From contig JALMLS010000334.1 of assembly GCA_038496445.1 (NCBI GenBank), positions 62,001 through 126,000 on the forward strand: a stretch of 64,000 bases of DNA, in the 5' to 3' direction. A program made the translations under genes and the position numbers. The stretch is from Trichosphaerium sp. ATCC 40318. Taxonomy: Eukaryota > Protista > Tubulinea. The notes beneath the pieces are model-generated. The model did not search any database, had not been told where the DNA came from, and saw only the letters and a list, made by a program, of their open reading frames with translations. Below are positions 12,781 to 27,047 of this stretch, piece after piece; position 1 is the first letter of the stretch; each line of letters starts with the position of its first letter.

Positions 12781-15577
12781 TTATTTCTTTAGGAGTTTAA
12801 AGTCTCCAATATGTACAGCGTTTGGTACTTGTGTAGAGTAAAACCTATGCGAAATGTAAGTGTCAAAACAAAAAAAGTTTTTATCATTAAAAATGTGTAC
12901 TCAAGGTCGAACTCTTCATCAGCCCAGAATAACTTATCTAACTCGGCTACCTCCATAGCGGTATCATCATAAATAGGGTTTTCACAAACATCTTGTACAC
13001 GATTTATAGTGAGCACAGATAGTACCTAGCGAAGGAAAGTTAGTATTTCAACGAAAAAAATCAACTAATAACAAACAAGGACTCTAGTCGTACAGGCTTC
13101 TGTAGGCAGGTACATTTACCCATCTTGTGTTTATCATGGTATAGATTACGTTTATTTTTATTAAATAAACGTGCACCACATACTTCTAGTTTATTAGGGT
13201 GACCAATACCTTCTTTACCATAATTTGTTTCAATTATTTTCAGAGTACTTTCAATGTCTTCCTAACAATGTTTTAACAGATACAGTTTTGTAGGGCTTGA
13301 TTGTGACATACTTTTCTCATTAGTGTAGCACATAATTCGAAAGGGTAATTCCAGTCATTAGTGCCACCGAAACGATCGTATTTTAGTATAGTGTTGATGA
13401 CTTTATCTTCATGTTTTGTGTCTATTATTTTTTCACATTTTGGCACTTTGGATACTTTGTCAACCGTGTGGCAGTATGTAACGTTAGGTGATAACCTAAT
13501 ACAGCGTTAGTATTTAAGGAAGATAAATAAAGCTCGATTACCTCAAGTGACAAGCAAGCATTTCTGGGTCTTTGTCAAGAATTGTGACATGTTGTTTCAA
13601 GTCAATGTAATCAAAGTAAAGAACATCATCCACACCCCAAAGAATAAAGTCACCAGAGCGTTTTATTATATCTCTATAAAATATAGGTTGAGTAAACTAA
13701 TAAAATAGTTTCAAAAACGCCTCAAGTGTTTGCTTGAAGCTGAAAACAATTATTTTTGTTTTTTTTGAAAAATCGTACTTGAGCTGTTCGGCAAAGTCTG
13801 TTTCCTCCACAAATATGACTTGTGGGAACTGTTCTTTAAGTTTTTCGAATGACTTCTTATATGGTGGTGTTGCTAGGTATAATACAAATACTTGAAGTTT
13901 TACTGTAGGAAGGACATACTTAAGTATTGTCCTTAAGTACTCTTTAAGTTGAAAAGTCCTATCTTTCGAGAAACAAATGACTGACACAGTGTCTAAATTC
14001 CGCTTAACTACTTCCTTAGGTTTTTTATTCTGCTTGCGATAGGGTAAGATTAAAGGATGATGTGATAGGGTGTCTGTAAATACGTACGTTCTTCGGTGGA
14101 GGCGAGGAATTGCTCATCATACCCATCAACATTGAAAATTGGTTAATTGGGTTTCTACTCAACCAAGAACGCCATACAGGGCTCTCTGAAGCGTTTGGTA
14201 TAATTTTTAATGATGCTAAAGCTAGAACGCCAAGTCTTTTTGTAACCTCTTCACGGATTTGAGCCTTCTCTCTACAACAAAAAAAGACATGTCAAAAAAA
14301 GTTGCAAGCATCAATATGTGTATTCTTACTTGTCTGTCCATTTTTCTTGTGCTAGAAGAGCTTTTTCTAGTTCTTCTATTATTGATGTAAGTTTTTTTAG
14401 TGCATCTAGTGATGTTGCAGAATCTGTGTCAGAAAGCCAAGCGATGACATTATCAGTAATATCTTGCTTTAAAAAAGATGACACATTTTCTTTTAGTGCT
14501 TTTGTAGTAGAAGCTTGTTGTATACTCCTAAACTCTTTTGAAATACTTGCTGAATGTTTCCTAGTACGAACAGGTTTAGAAATACAAAATGAAGAAATGA
14601 TGATACAAACTAAACCATGGTGGGTGGAGTACGACGGGAAAAAAAAAGAAAAAAAAGGAAGTTATTGTACTCACCGCAAAGTAAGAACAGTAGGTGAAGG
14701 TAGATTGCTCAATTTAAATCCTTAAAAGCAAGTGAGACTAAAAGACTATTGATAGCAATCATTTCATACCTGATTCTGTAACAAGACGAAGCCACAATGA
14801 GTAATCTTCACAATGATTATATTTGGTGTCATAAGGACATTGCTCAAACACTGCACGACGTGCCATGATTGTTGGATGAACAAGCACGCAATTGAAGAAC
14901 ATAGATACGTGTACTTCACCTGTATTTGTAGAGAAAGATACAACCTAGTGAGACGTCAAAAATTGATCGTTTGTTGAACTTTTGTAACACACTTTTTTTT
15001 TGCCTGTTGCTTCACTTAGCATGTCTACAGCGCCGCCTAGTACAGAAATAGAAGGGTTGGTATCTAGGTACTTTACTTGACGTCTAAATAAGGTATAAGA
15101 GAGGCTTATAACAACCCTTTTGGGCGTACGAAAATCGATTTGGATGAGAAATGTCATCTGCATCCATGCGAGCGATGTATTGACCCTAGAGTAGTTTAGA
15201 AAGGATGTAACAGTACTATAGCTTACCTTGGAGGCTGAGAACGCTGTGTTTAAAGCAGAAACAATGCCAGAATTTTTTTCATGCTTGAGTACCTTCAATC
15301 TACTTTCATTAGCGTATTTACGCGTAATTATACGTACCTGGAGTCTTTAGTAGCGTATTGCTCTAGAATTGTAAGAGAATCATCAGTTGAACCATCATCA
15401 ACTGCTAACACCTCAAAACTAGCATACGTTTGTGCTAAAACTTGTTATCAGCTAATTCAGCAAACATCAATTAATGTCTGCTCTATCCGCACCTAGTATA
15501 CTATCTAGCGCTTCAGGTAAGTACTTTGAAGCGTTGTAGACTGGTAATAAAACAGATACAAGAGTTGTTTCAGCCAT
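12781..15577 (-). CDS. Glycosyltransferase family 2 with a second C-terminal GT-A-like domain
   Basis: VSVLLPVYNA, VDDGSTD, IARMDADDIS; second domain ICFSKDR...VDDV...WNYPF...INRVQ. Confidence 0.85.
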
Positions 15578-15795
15578 AGAAGGTTCGTTTTAGAATGAAA
15601 TTCAAAAATAGTCAAAAGTAAGGCGAATTCAATTCTTACTTTCCTTGTTGGCCTCATTTACATTACGAAAGTACACCTTTGTCATGTTGCATATATCTAT
15701 TCTGTTGTGATTTAAAAAAAACCGGTACGATATCGTTTTTTCTTGGTAAAGCGATTTACAGTAGCTAAAAAGCGTTTTAGACTGCTTTGATCCAA

Positions 15796-18700
15796 ATGAA
15801 TTACCCAACGGATAATAATTTACATACAAATAATCCAACGGAACGCCAAACGCATTCATGGCGTGATAAACTAGTAATACTAGATCCGTGGTTTCACTAC
15901 ATCATTTCAAGGTGAATAACCGGTTTTTACACCTTTAAAGGCCTGATCATACCCTTAGAATAAAGACAACGTTCCTAAATGACGTATTACCTAACGATAA
16001 GGATCTATGTTTAACGTATTTTCCAGCATTCTTCAAAAACCACAAACAAAAAATGACTTTAGCTATTTTGGTACGAAATTTTGATCTCTTCCTTTTTAGA
16101 TGTTCGAGGTTTACTTATATTTTATCCAAGCTTGATGGTATTAAAAAAGCACTTGAAGGAAAGGATTCTGAGGAAGTTGCTCAAAATATCTGTGTGCTAT
16201 TCATTAGCTGTCATACTGAAATCTATGATGAGTTTAGTTGTATTTTAGAGAAAAATGATATCCATGATATTCAGCCTTTGAATGCTCAAATATCAAACAA
16301 TATATGCACTGTTTGTAGCGAGAAATTTGGTACAGCATTGACATATATTGTTGTCATAATGATGACAGTTCTACTGGAACCTTCAGTATTCACAAAGGTA
16401 CCAAAGAAGTTTTGATATTTATGAGAAAAAAATGAGAAAATCTCGCACTCAGGCTTTCTCTAAATCCTTTAGCTTCAAAATCAAGCTCTGGAATCTACGC
16501 CAATATGCGTAGATATACATACTGTGATTACACACAAGTACTATGAGAAACCAAAGCGAAAAAGATCAACTTCTTTTTCTTCAGGTGTACGTTTTTTTCG
16601 AGATTTCTTTACAGCGCTCCTGTCTAATATCTTACCCTAGCATTCCGCCAGAAATAGAAAAGTGAAAAAACACAGAAGAAGGCTATCTAGGTCACATATT
16701 TAAGTCATTATTTTACACCTTACAGCTTCAGTAGGGATGACAGCCTAGTTGGAATAGAAATTGTTAATAATTTCGATCTAGCGAGTTGCCAGAAGGTACG
16801 AGATATCTCTATCTGTTGTAACTGTATTTTGATTTTTTGTTTTAGTTTATTAGTAGCCGTAATATCAGTGGTAACCTTTATATGCAACGTGGTAAACCAA
16901 CAACAAAAAAACAGCTCATTTTTTCTTGTGATACTTGGGTGAAAGTATGGGTTATTGTTGACGACACAGCACTATCTTATTATTCTGATTCTTCTTGTAA
17001 TTTATTGAAGGTAATGATATTTATAGTATGAATAAACGTTACAATATTTGACATCAGAAAGGGCTATGTACCGTTGTTTATGATTTGGAAGATTGGTACT
17101 GCTAAAAAGTTAGGTGAAAATGTTTTCAAAGTTGACGCACTTGGTCAAAACTTTTACTTCAAGGTACGTACTTTTTTACAAGTTCCATAACACTAAGTAA
17201 TATATAACAGGCGGATAGTAAGGAAGAATTGAGCAAGTGGCTATTCTGCTGTCAAGTACGTTTGTTTGAAGGGTTTTTTAATTTTCTAAGAAGTTTCCAA
17301 ACTAAATGCTTTGTTTTAGTCTTGTATTGCTTTGAGTATGTGTAATACAACAAAAGAGTTACGACTATCTCAAAGAAATAAATTGGCACGTGTTAGAAAA
17401 TGGTGGGAAAAAAAGTACTGCTTTGATAGCATCGAAACAACTGGACAAAATATAAAGGTTGACTACCACGTCAGCAGTCAATACGTAAAATAACAACTTA
17501 GAAGCACCTCGATTTTCTTCTCTTATTTTTTATCTTTAGGAACACAACGGATTATTTAGTGGTCGATTACATTGTTGCCAGGGCGTACGAGGCGAGATGC
17601 AAGATGAACATATTGTAGAAAGTGATTTTCAAAAGTATTCTGATGGACATCTCGACGGAAATGTATTTTACTCTTTTTGCGCTATATTTGATGGTAAGTA
17701 TTTCTATAAGTCGTTTATCAAGATGACATAACCTTAGGTCACGGCGGAGTCGAGGCAGCTCGATACGCAAAGGAGCACTTACTTGAGCACATCATTAAAA
17801 ACAAAAACTTTGTTGCAGGGAATATTAAAAAAGCCATAAGCCAAGGTTTCAAGTCTGTTGATGACGCCTTTAACAAACGTGCTCGATACTCTGGAAAACG
17901 TAGTGGAACAACCGTATCTGGTGTTCTTTTTGTAAATAAAAAGCACGTGAAAAACACGTGTTGTAGTAAGGTACCTAATCTTTTGTGTTAGAATGTATAT
18001 ATTCAATTTGGGAGATTCGAGAGTAGTTCTTTGTAAAGATGGGAAAGCGATCAATTGTTCAATTGATCACAAACCCAATAGCGCCGGTGAGCGCGAACGT
18101 ATAGAGGTAAGACTTTCTCACTAAAGAGTTCTTGATAGTGAACATGACTGTTGGCTTATGCGGTTTATTTTAAGGCAGCTGGCGGTAGAGTTACAAGGGA
18201 ACAAGAGATTAATGCAGTTAAATTAAAAAGTATTAATCCTAGATTACTTGAACAAACATCTATTCCAAAAAGTGTTGCGAATTTGGCTGGATTCAATGCG
18301 TACGTTCCATACGATCATATTTTGATTAACTGCGGTAGTGTACATCGCATTTGTGGTGTTCTATCAGTCTCGAGAGCACTTGGCGATCCAGTACGTGGCT
18401 GTCATATCTACCAAATGGAGTGTTAAGAGATTCTCTAGGAATTTAAAGGAAGTATGAAGAACGAAGTTTTTGGTGATGCTATCAAAGAAGATCTTGTTAT
18501 TTCTACTCCAGATATACATACCACAGAACACACAGCTGATATGGATTTTTTAGTAATTGCATGTGATGGTATGAAACTAAGAATACTCAAAAACAAATAC
18601 CCTTTTTCGACGTCTTAAAATTTTTTAGGTTTATGGGACGTAATGACAAGCGAACAAGTTGTTGACTTTATAATGCTCCATAAAAGTAATCAACACGGAG

Positions 18701-18867
18701 ATTCTGGTAAACCATGTGATGTAATCCATGGTAAAAACCAAATGAAAGATGATAGTACACACGATTCTAAAGAAAATGTTGTTGAAAAGGTAGCACATTA
18801 TGCAATTGATTTGGGTAGTCAGGATAATGTATCTGTCTTGGTTTTGTTTTTTAAAGATGAAGATTAG
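15796..18867 (+). CDS. PH-domain protein phosphatase 2C
   Basis: PH-like exons 16850-17250; [49 protein letters not shown]. Confidence 0.88.
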
Positions 18868-19004
18868 CTTATAGCCATGATAAAAGGTGTTAATACAGAG
18901 AAGATTCCAATCACTAGTAGTTCAACTTAGAAAAATAAACTTACTGTAAAATCATACTTTTGTTTGTTTCTAAAACCGAATTGTAGAGTTGGTCACGTGT
19001 AGTA

Positions 19005-19265
19005 AAATCGGGGATATAGTTTTTTCCGAATTTTCCGAAAACAAAAATTCGAAAGTGTAGAAAGATGCATAGCTAGGGCAGTCCACTAAACTAGAAAGCG
19101 CCTGGTTCACTTACGGTCGGGTCCTCGCTGTGCTCGGAACTAGAACCCGACCTTCGTTCACATATAGTGATCCATTGGTGGGTATAGGCATTCGGTTTTT
19201 GTATCGAATTCTATTTTTTCGAATTTTTTCTTTCGAAAAATTCGGAAAAAACGTGGGTCCGATTT
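19005..19265. mobile_element. MITE-like foldback element with ~50-bp imperfect terminal inverted repeats
   Basis: Left AAATCGG..TTTTTTCCGAATTTTCCGAAAACAAAAATTCGAAA matches the reverse complement of the right end; internal stem GGTCGGGTCCT/AGAACCCGACC. Confidence 0.65.
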
Positions 19266-19300
19266 CAAAGTTGTTGATGGGATATCCTTTCTATTCAATG

Positions 19301-19555
19301 AGTCAGCTACTAATGAACATCTTAAACAGCTCTCTGGAATTAAAAGACTGTTTATTCAGTACAGTACACAGATTACAGATGAAGGTGTTAAAGCGTTGGC
19401 TGGTGTTCATACAATTGACCTGTCTCATACCAAATTACTGATGAGTATAAAAGCACTGAAAGGTGCTCATGCTATTAATGTTAGGTGTTGCTGAAATGTT
19501 ACACGTGATTGTGTTAAATCACTTGTTGACAATGGTTCAAACATGAATATTTATC
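19301..19555 (+). pseudogene. 5'-truncated LRR pseudogene related to 61328-62395
   Basis: QITDEGVKALAGVHTIDLSHT...IKALKGAHAINVRCC*; small deletion and in-frame TGA. Confidence 0.8.
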
Positions 19556-19780
19556 TTGGTATATTGTCTGAAGAAGTGTACAAACTTTTTACAGTTGCCC
19601 AACTTTATGTATAAACCATTTTTTCCTACGAACACTTCCACAGGATACAAAATGCGACTACAGCACGGTATTAATACCATACTCAGCGGCTGCATTATTC
19701 AAAGGTCTCAGAACCTGGAACAGACGCAGAATGTTGATTTGAATGTATCAAAAAACTGGCGAACAGACAAACTTTATTGT

Positions 19781-20962
19781 TTAATTAAAGTATTGCATAC
19801 CGCCATCAACATTTAGGTTTGATCCATTGCAGAACTTACCCTCATCGGATATGAGGAAAGCAACAAGTGCTGCGACTTGTTCAGGTGTTCCGAGCTTCTT
19901 AAAAAAAGTGTTGTTCCTATTCAAACGATTAAATCTTCATAGCAGCTAACAACTGTATTGTAGAGTAAATTAACATACTGTAATATATCGCACAGAGCTT
20001 TAGGAACCATCTCCGTTTCAATAGGTCCTGGGCGAATGCTGTTTATATTTATACCAAACTGTGCAACCTCTTTAGCGACTGTCTGTGTTCAAACAAAGTG
20101 TCAGTATATGAAAGGATAAGGTTATTCATTACCCTCGTTACGCTGTCTACTGCGGCTTTGCTGGCTGCATACAATGCTGCCCCTGCAAATGGCTATTGAT
20201 AAGGTCGATAAGTGCGAAGATGTTAATGAACTGTTCGTACTGTTGTTGATGTGGCTGAACTGTTGTTAACGATCGATCCACCTGGTGGGTCCTGTTTCTT
20301 CATTTGAAGTGCTTCATACTTCATACACATTGCCAGTCCTTTGAAATTGACATCGAATACGTACTGAACCCGACTTTTTAGAAAAAACAAAGATCTGTCA
20401 AAAATAATCACGTGCGTCAACAGTTTCTTCATCTATTTCCAAAAAAGGCTTTGGTTTTGCTCTACCAGCATTATTGAACTACAAGTAAGCGCTATTAGAT
20501 ACAGGGTCGAACGGTCAGTGTAAGGGGCGTACTGCTCCATCAAGGCGGCCGTATTTGGCTACTGTAACATTTATCACGTTTTCAATATCTACGGGAAAGT
20601 ATTTAATATGTGCACGTGTTGACGCTTAAGAATTGTGTTAACATGCTTGTTAGCAACGTACCTGTGGACTTTGTGACGTCACATACAGTAAAAATTGCGT
20701 CGCCACCAGCCTTTTTTATTTCTTCTAAAACAGCCTCACCACGCTCTTTTCTTCTTCCACACATCGACACCTTAGCGCCTACAATCGAATAAGGTTTAAA
20801 AAAGTAAAGTCAAAAATACTGCGAACCTTTTTTCGCCAGATAGATGGCTGCACCTTTACCAATACCAGACGTTGCTCCAGTGACCTAACGTCAAGTTGTT
20901 AGTTCTATTGCTAAACTTGAAAGCGCATTTGCTCTTACTAGAATAACTTTGCCTTCTATCAT
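19781..20962 (-). CDS. Classical short-chain dehydrogenase/reductase
   Basis: VTGATSGIG, FNNAG, YAASK, IRPGPIET, VDGG. Confidence 0.9.
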
Positions 20963-21407
20963 TGTCTACAGTTTGTTTAAGATTTGTTACAGTTTGGTTT
21001 AAGATTTGTACGATAACCTTTGTCACACAATAATTGCGAGTTTTCTAATTTATAGAATAAGAAATTTTAGCTGCCAGGTCAAGTAGATTCAACCATTTTA
21101 GTACTTGATTAATTTATTGTACGTTGACTAAATGCATGCGCTACTTGTGTTTGATACACCACAAAAAAGACCTCGGTATCAATCTTTAAACTATGAGTGG
21201 TGGTTTTTGGTCAGAAGCCTCACTGCAACATCTTTCTTTTATTGTTCGTTTCTTCACTCCGTTGGTTTGAAGAGGCTCAGAAGAATCAGAGTCCTTTCGG
21301 GGCTTTTGTGGTTCATCATTTCAAACAAACAATTGTTTTTTTTGTTCTTTAATGCTTTATTTACAACAAAATTATAATACACGTTTGTGTCAAGAGAGAA
21401 TCCCACC

Positions 21408-24400
21408 TAATGATTGTATGCAATGTACTCATACACCAAATCATTGATTACTTCTACATAAGATCTACTTGGATGGGGATGTAAAGGATCTGTCAAAGCA
21501 GCCCATGCTCCAAAAGGTACTAACACAGATTTAACAAAAAAAAAATAGGTAAAGAAAAATAAAGAAGAAATAAGGCGTACAGGCTACAACACAAACACCG
21601 GCAGCAAGAAACATCATCCAGTCTCTAAACTTCCTAGAAGGTGCATTTATCATTACAAAGTGCATGCCAACAGTCTGGAGCATAAAAAGAGGACTCCAAT
21701 AGGCAACACCTCTACAAACAAAAAATCGTCAGTTGTTGAAAAGTACAAAAAAATGAAAAAAATGAATCGTCACGGTAAGGATACTGCACGTTCATTGTGG
21801 TTGGAAGACCAGTATAATACGTACCGTACTACAGTCCAAAAACAAGCATAAGTCAAAGGTGCAAGTACGAAGTATATCCTGTAAGGTCCAAAGATATAAA
21901 AAAAGATACTGTAAAACAAAAGACCAATGAGGTATGTCACAGAATTAAAAATGTTTGCACTCAAGAAAGGCATCCAATAAAGAGTCTGTAAGTACTCAAC
22001 AAACCATTAGCACATTATTACGCTACAATTGAAAAGTATCACTTATTAGCGGTTACTACAAGCAACCTCTATTGCCAACAGTGATGTAAAACTTTTGAAC
22101 ATAAATTTTGATAGCGTTTCAGTCAAGAAGTGTCAGATGTTGACACATGAGCACGTGCAACCAAAAGGCATGCAATATTGGCAATCAAATCTTGTAGAGT
22201 TGTTTTTGGTTGCAAAATGAAAGCTGGTGTCCATCACAACGTACTTCTTGACTGAAAGCTCTGATAATGACATTTTACGTACCCAACTGGACACTTGCTG
22301 TTCTCCTTCGTCAGCTACTCCTATCGATCTGAATATAGCTCCAGGAGCTTCTGCACATGTTCTTAGTATGTCTATAGCTACTTTGTCTACTGGTTTGTAT
22401 TGATGCATTGTAATACACCTTAACTAAAGTAAGTACAAGAACTACAACAAAAAAAAAAAAGTCAATTACCAAGACAACACGAAGCATATCACAGAAGCAT
22501 AGAAAATACGTGATGAAAACTTCTCAGATGCCGATTGCCGTTCACGGAACCTAGTCCTTAAAGCATCCCTTTTACTAGAACAGGTATTAGCAAGGTGACA
22601 GTAAAAACGAAATATTTCTTACCTTAGGCTAAGTTTCTCCATTTCAAGTCCTATTTTTTTTTGTTTATAACGTTTATTATCCTCTAATTCATCTTCTCTG
22701 TGTCTTCTTCTATGACTATACAAGTATTAGAATAATACATTTATATAATGATAATAGCGTACAGGTTCTCTTCTTCAGATACAACAACACCTTGTTGGGC
22801 TACTATAACTTTCTCCCTATTTTCAAAGTTATTTTTTATCACACCAAAAAAAACAGATGCATTTTACAAAGCAATTTTAAATCATTTACCTTTCTATTTC
22901 TAGCGTTCTATCATTATATTCCATTTGCTCCTGAAGAGTTCTGGCATTTAATAAACATTCCATAGCTTTTAATTGAAGCTGAACACGTTTCTCTATTAAC
23001 AAAAAGCGTAAGTGTTTGAAAACCAAAAAAAAAAAAGAGACAAAATAAAAAAAAAGGCATTAAAAAACAACCACTAAAAAACCCTTCGTTATTATTACCT
23101 GGATCTTGAACGGCGTTTATATTATTAGTGAGTTCTTCAGGTAACGATTGACGTGCTAAATCAAGTCTTCTTGGAGTATCCAAATGATTAAACCTCATAG
23201 GAGTGTCCATATGGCCAAGCCTTCTTGGTGTACCCAAATGGTTGAACCTCATCGGTGTATCCATATGGTTATATCTCATTGGTGTGTCCATATTATTGTA
23301 TCTCATTGGTGTATCCAAGTGGCTATATCTCATAGGTGTATCCATAGGACCAACTCTTCTTGGTGTATTCAAATAGTTAAACCTCATTGGCGTATCAAAT
23401 TCGTTCTGTCTCATTGGCCTTGACGGTGTTTGAAGAGCCCTCGAAGTAGTAATACTCTCGTCAGGTCCATAATCATCCATAGCTAGATAGAGTAAGGACA
23501 CAAAATATTTTCTCAAAGGAGCTCCTGAGGACAAAATCCAAAAAACAAGAAAAAAATCGTTCACATACATTGTGTTGACTCATTGGTCTCTACAGCTGCG
23601 TATATGTGTTAGTGGTTTTAACTAATAATGTCTTTTGATAGTAAACGTACTTTGTTCTTCTTCTATTGTATCCTCATCATCAAACGTTTCATCAAGAGTC
23701 GACATATCATCTGTTGTTCTTTCTTCAGGATAATTTTTTTTAATTGTTGTTTGGTTATATGGATTGTCGTCGTCTTTCATTGTTGTTGCTCTGTCATCAG
23801 GTGTAAGCTTCTTAACTGTTGTTCTCTTATCAGGAGCATCGTTTTTCATTATTGTTCGGTTATCAGGTGTTCCATTCTTCATTGTTGTAGGTGGTCTGTA
23901 TGGAGTATTTTTCGTTGTTGTTCTTCGTCTGTCTGTTGGTCTGCCTGTTGTCGCTTTTTTCATTGAAAGCGGACGAGCGAAATTTGGACTCATAGGCATA
24001 CTAGAGTTCTCTTGTGGTACGAACGTTGAAGGGTTACCCTCAGCGTCTTCTTTTAGCATTTTATTTATCGTTGCGTTTTGTCTTTCTTCAACCCAATCTA
24101 AACGATGGTGTAGAGTGAGTAAGAGAACTGGGCGGTTTTCTTTATTCGAGAAAAGTTAACGTACTGGTGTACACTTTAGACATTGTTTTTGTAAGAGTAA
24201 GTACTACAATGAGAGCTTGTATGCGTCAGCTATGTTATAAACGAATAGAGCAACCTCTTACCTACGGCCACAAAAACCATCGCCATTTGCTCTTGTTTTA
24301 TTGGGTTATTCCATTCCCTTGCGTTGTTAATGGTAAGACCACCATCTATGCGTGTGTTAAGAGCCACGTCATTTTTTAAAACAGTAAAACAACAAAAAAG

Positions 24401-24580
24401 TGGTATTTGATGACACATTCGCACTGTGCTACCTGAAGTATGAGTACCTGACTTTATTTCCCGCGGATTACTTCTGGTGGTTTGAGCGTCCGTAGCATCG
24501 TATAACGTCTGGTGACGTGACGTCGAGCTACATTTAACACATAGCACGAGTACTAGTAATCCAAAGGCGCGTACAATCAT
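21408..24580 (-). CDS. Multi-pass membrane protein with signal peptide, TM, two repeat arrays, coiled coil and C-terminal TMs
   Basis: ORFs 24230-24580, 23622-24059, 22914-23570, 22133-22408 and 21770-21973 appear to join through GT-AG introns; 3' end uncertain. Confidence 0.6.
23164..23430 (-). repeat. 27-nt coding tandem repeat (DTPMRxxHL-type, ~9 units)
   Basis: Repeats such as CTCATTGGTGTATCCA on the plus strand. Confidence 0.9.
23700..23935 (-). repeat. Degenerate ~33-nt coding repeat (PDxRTTMK-type)
   Basis: TPDNRTIMK, APDKRTTVK, TPDDRATTMK, PYNQTTIK. Confidence 0.7.
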
Positions 24581-24702
24581 CTTGGAGGACAGTATTTTGT
24601 GATCAAAAAAAAGTCGTTACGAATCTTCGAAACGGTAAAATACTTAGTGCCAGTCACATTTGACGCGTCGAATCTTCAAAACTATCAATTTATACGTACA
24701 AA

Positions 24703-25028
24703 ATGGTAAGACAACCCACCGTTTGATCAAAGTGTAATTAAAAACATTCAGAGCGCGTTTAATATTGGCCAACTGTCTGAGATGAAGTGGAAACTCGGTG
24801 TAGCGGTCCAATCATCCCATTGTAAAATATTAAACTCTGGGTTTGTATCAATTACGCTACGCGTACTAGATAGTAACAAAAAGGAACAAACACACTCTTT
24901 TGAACTTTCCATCACAGAATTTCAGGTAAAAGACACCAATACCGCCACTAAACACTTCCTAACGCTCTAAATAGAAGTTTGCAACGAATTTTAGCAAGAT
25001 GGGCGAAACTTTAGAGTCTATGAGCTGA
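24703..25028 (+). CDS. COMMD6: COMM domain protein 6
   Basis: GQLSEMKWKLGVAVQSSHCKILN...HSFELSITEFQ; COMM domain only. Confidence 0.85.
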
Positions 25029-25180
25029 CAAAACTGAAATATCCAAAAAAACTTCATTATTTTTTTTGTACACACTATAAGTACAGTAGAAACTTTTTAT
25101 ACCACTCCCAGTTGTTGTTTTTTTTTTTCTTTTTTTGTGAAAGTGTTGTTTCAATTTTGTTTTTGACGTTAAAATCTGAA

Positions 25181-26762
25181 TCACGTTGCTGATGTATAGA
25201 AATAACGTTCTCTGTATAACTGAAGTACTTGTGTACCAAACCCTGTAAGAGAAAAACAGAGTGTCAGTAAAGCAATTAGGACGAAAAAAGAAGAAAAAAG
25301 AAAAAATCTATTCTGCTCGAAACGGTTCATGAATTAATGACCGTACCGGTAACGACGTTGACGAGCGGTAATCTTCCAAACAAGCCAACTATAGCCGCAA
25401 GTCTATGCTCAAAAACACCCTCATAACATGGGCTACGAAGTAGGTAAAATGCCCATAATGAAAAACGTCTCCAAAGCTCTCTACTTTCTCTTGCATTTGT
25501 ATTTTGTCTCCAACTGTAGTATGCACTCATAACATCTATTGTCAGTGAGGCTAGCCAAGGCTTCCAAGAGCCCTTTTTCCAAACATACAGAGCTAGCACT
25601 TACTTTGTCAAGGACCAACAAAGCGTCAAAGACGCAGATTTCAAAAAAAGAAGAAAGTAGGATACAATAAACAAGAGGTCGTATTATCCAAAGTATCTCT
25701 CCTGTAGTTGTCCCTGATGTTGCAGGTGTTCCTGGTACTAGCATTATACGTTGCATTTGGCTCTTTTTAATGTCAATCATTTGTTTTATGGTGCGTAAAG
25801 ACTTTCTACGTAATTGTCCGGTACCAGGATGGTACATTCTATGAACGTGAAAAGTCAGGAACTGACAAAACCCTCATCAAACACTATCGTACATGCGGTC
25901 AATCTGGTCCTGCTCAGCTTGATCTGTAGGCTCTCTTTGAGGTATGGTATTGTACGCTGTAATCTTGCCTATGGAAGATGTCAGTTGAATCAAGAAAGAA
26001 GTTCAAAAAAAAATGTCAAAAAAAACAGGTGCTTTTTTTTTTTTTGGGTGTTCGTCACGTGCCTTTGTTTTTTGATAATAAATTAAGGTGAATAGCCGCT
26101 ACGCGTATGTTATGTTGTTTCGTCAAAATTAAATGAATAAAGGGTGCCTTTGATGAGTTCAATCAAAAAAATGGTTATAAACCACATGTTTCGTAAATAA
26201 GGTGTTGTGCTGTCTCTGTTGGCGCGTTCTACTTCTGTACCAATAATTTCTAGAGGTAATTGCACGATTTTGAGTGCTTGTAGCCAGAATAAAGAATTTA
26301 CGTAACTGAGTAGGGTAAGATGAAAAATAATGCGTAAAATAGAGTGCATACTGTTTAGGGAGTGTTTTTGATGCCATTAAACGCCGTTGTAGTCGCTCAT
26401 CTAAACCTTTCATTTGACCAGTTTTCTTTAGTTTGTCTCCATATTTTAGCCAAATACTATCGTGGTTGAGGATAATCAAGTTGATGAGCGCTTGTGCTAG
26501 TGTAGTGTTAGTAATTCTGGCGGGCAATCGTTTATGCGCGTGTAACGTCGTATGCACGGCGTTTGAAATACGTTACTACCGCACAGGATGTTTTTCGCGT
26601 ACCAATTTCTGATTGCATTTCTTTGTCATTGAAACGACCAGGAATCAGTAATAACGACGTGCGTAGTGCTGATTCAATGTAAGAAACACTATCTACGTTT
26701 TGAAGTAACGCAATGTCGTAGGCCTTCTTTATTTCTGTGTACAACGTTTGCACGAGAGCCAT
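25181..26762 (-). CDS. PEX16: Peroxisomal membrane protein PEX16
   Basis: ESALR...GRF; GEILWIIRPLVY; SWKPWL; ELWRRFSLWAFYLLRSP; YFYTS. Confidence 0.9.
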
Positions 26763-27047
26763 GGTAACTTACAAAATGCCAAAATACAAATGTTTTCCGC
26801 CAGTTAAGTTAACACCAACGACATCATGGCCTGCATAGGTACACTAGTACTCGAGCTATTCGTTGAATTTGTAGGTAACTGTGCCCTTAAAAAGAGAGCG
26901 AAAATGAAATGTTGACACTTGTACAGTTACACTGTACTTCCACGCCAACCCACCTGCGCCACAGATTGAGTGCAATACTACTGAAAGGATTCCTTAGCCT
27001 TGCTTATTGACTTCTTTTCCGCTGTGGACTAACGCAGAACGCCGAGG

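Noticed and set aside
20968-21010. ~21-bp tandem duplication upstream of the SDR
   Set aside because: Two-copy local slippage with no further signal
23164-23430. Regular repeats as a possible CRISPR array
   Set aside because: Coding 27-nt tandem repeat without spacers, in eukaryotic DNA
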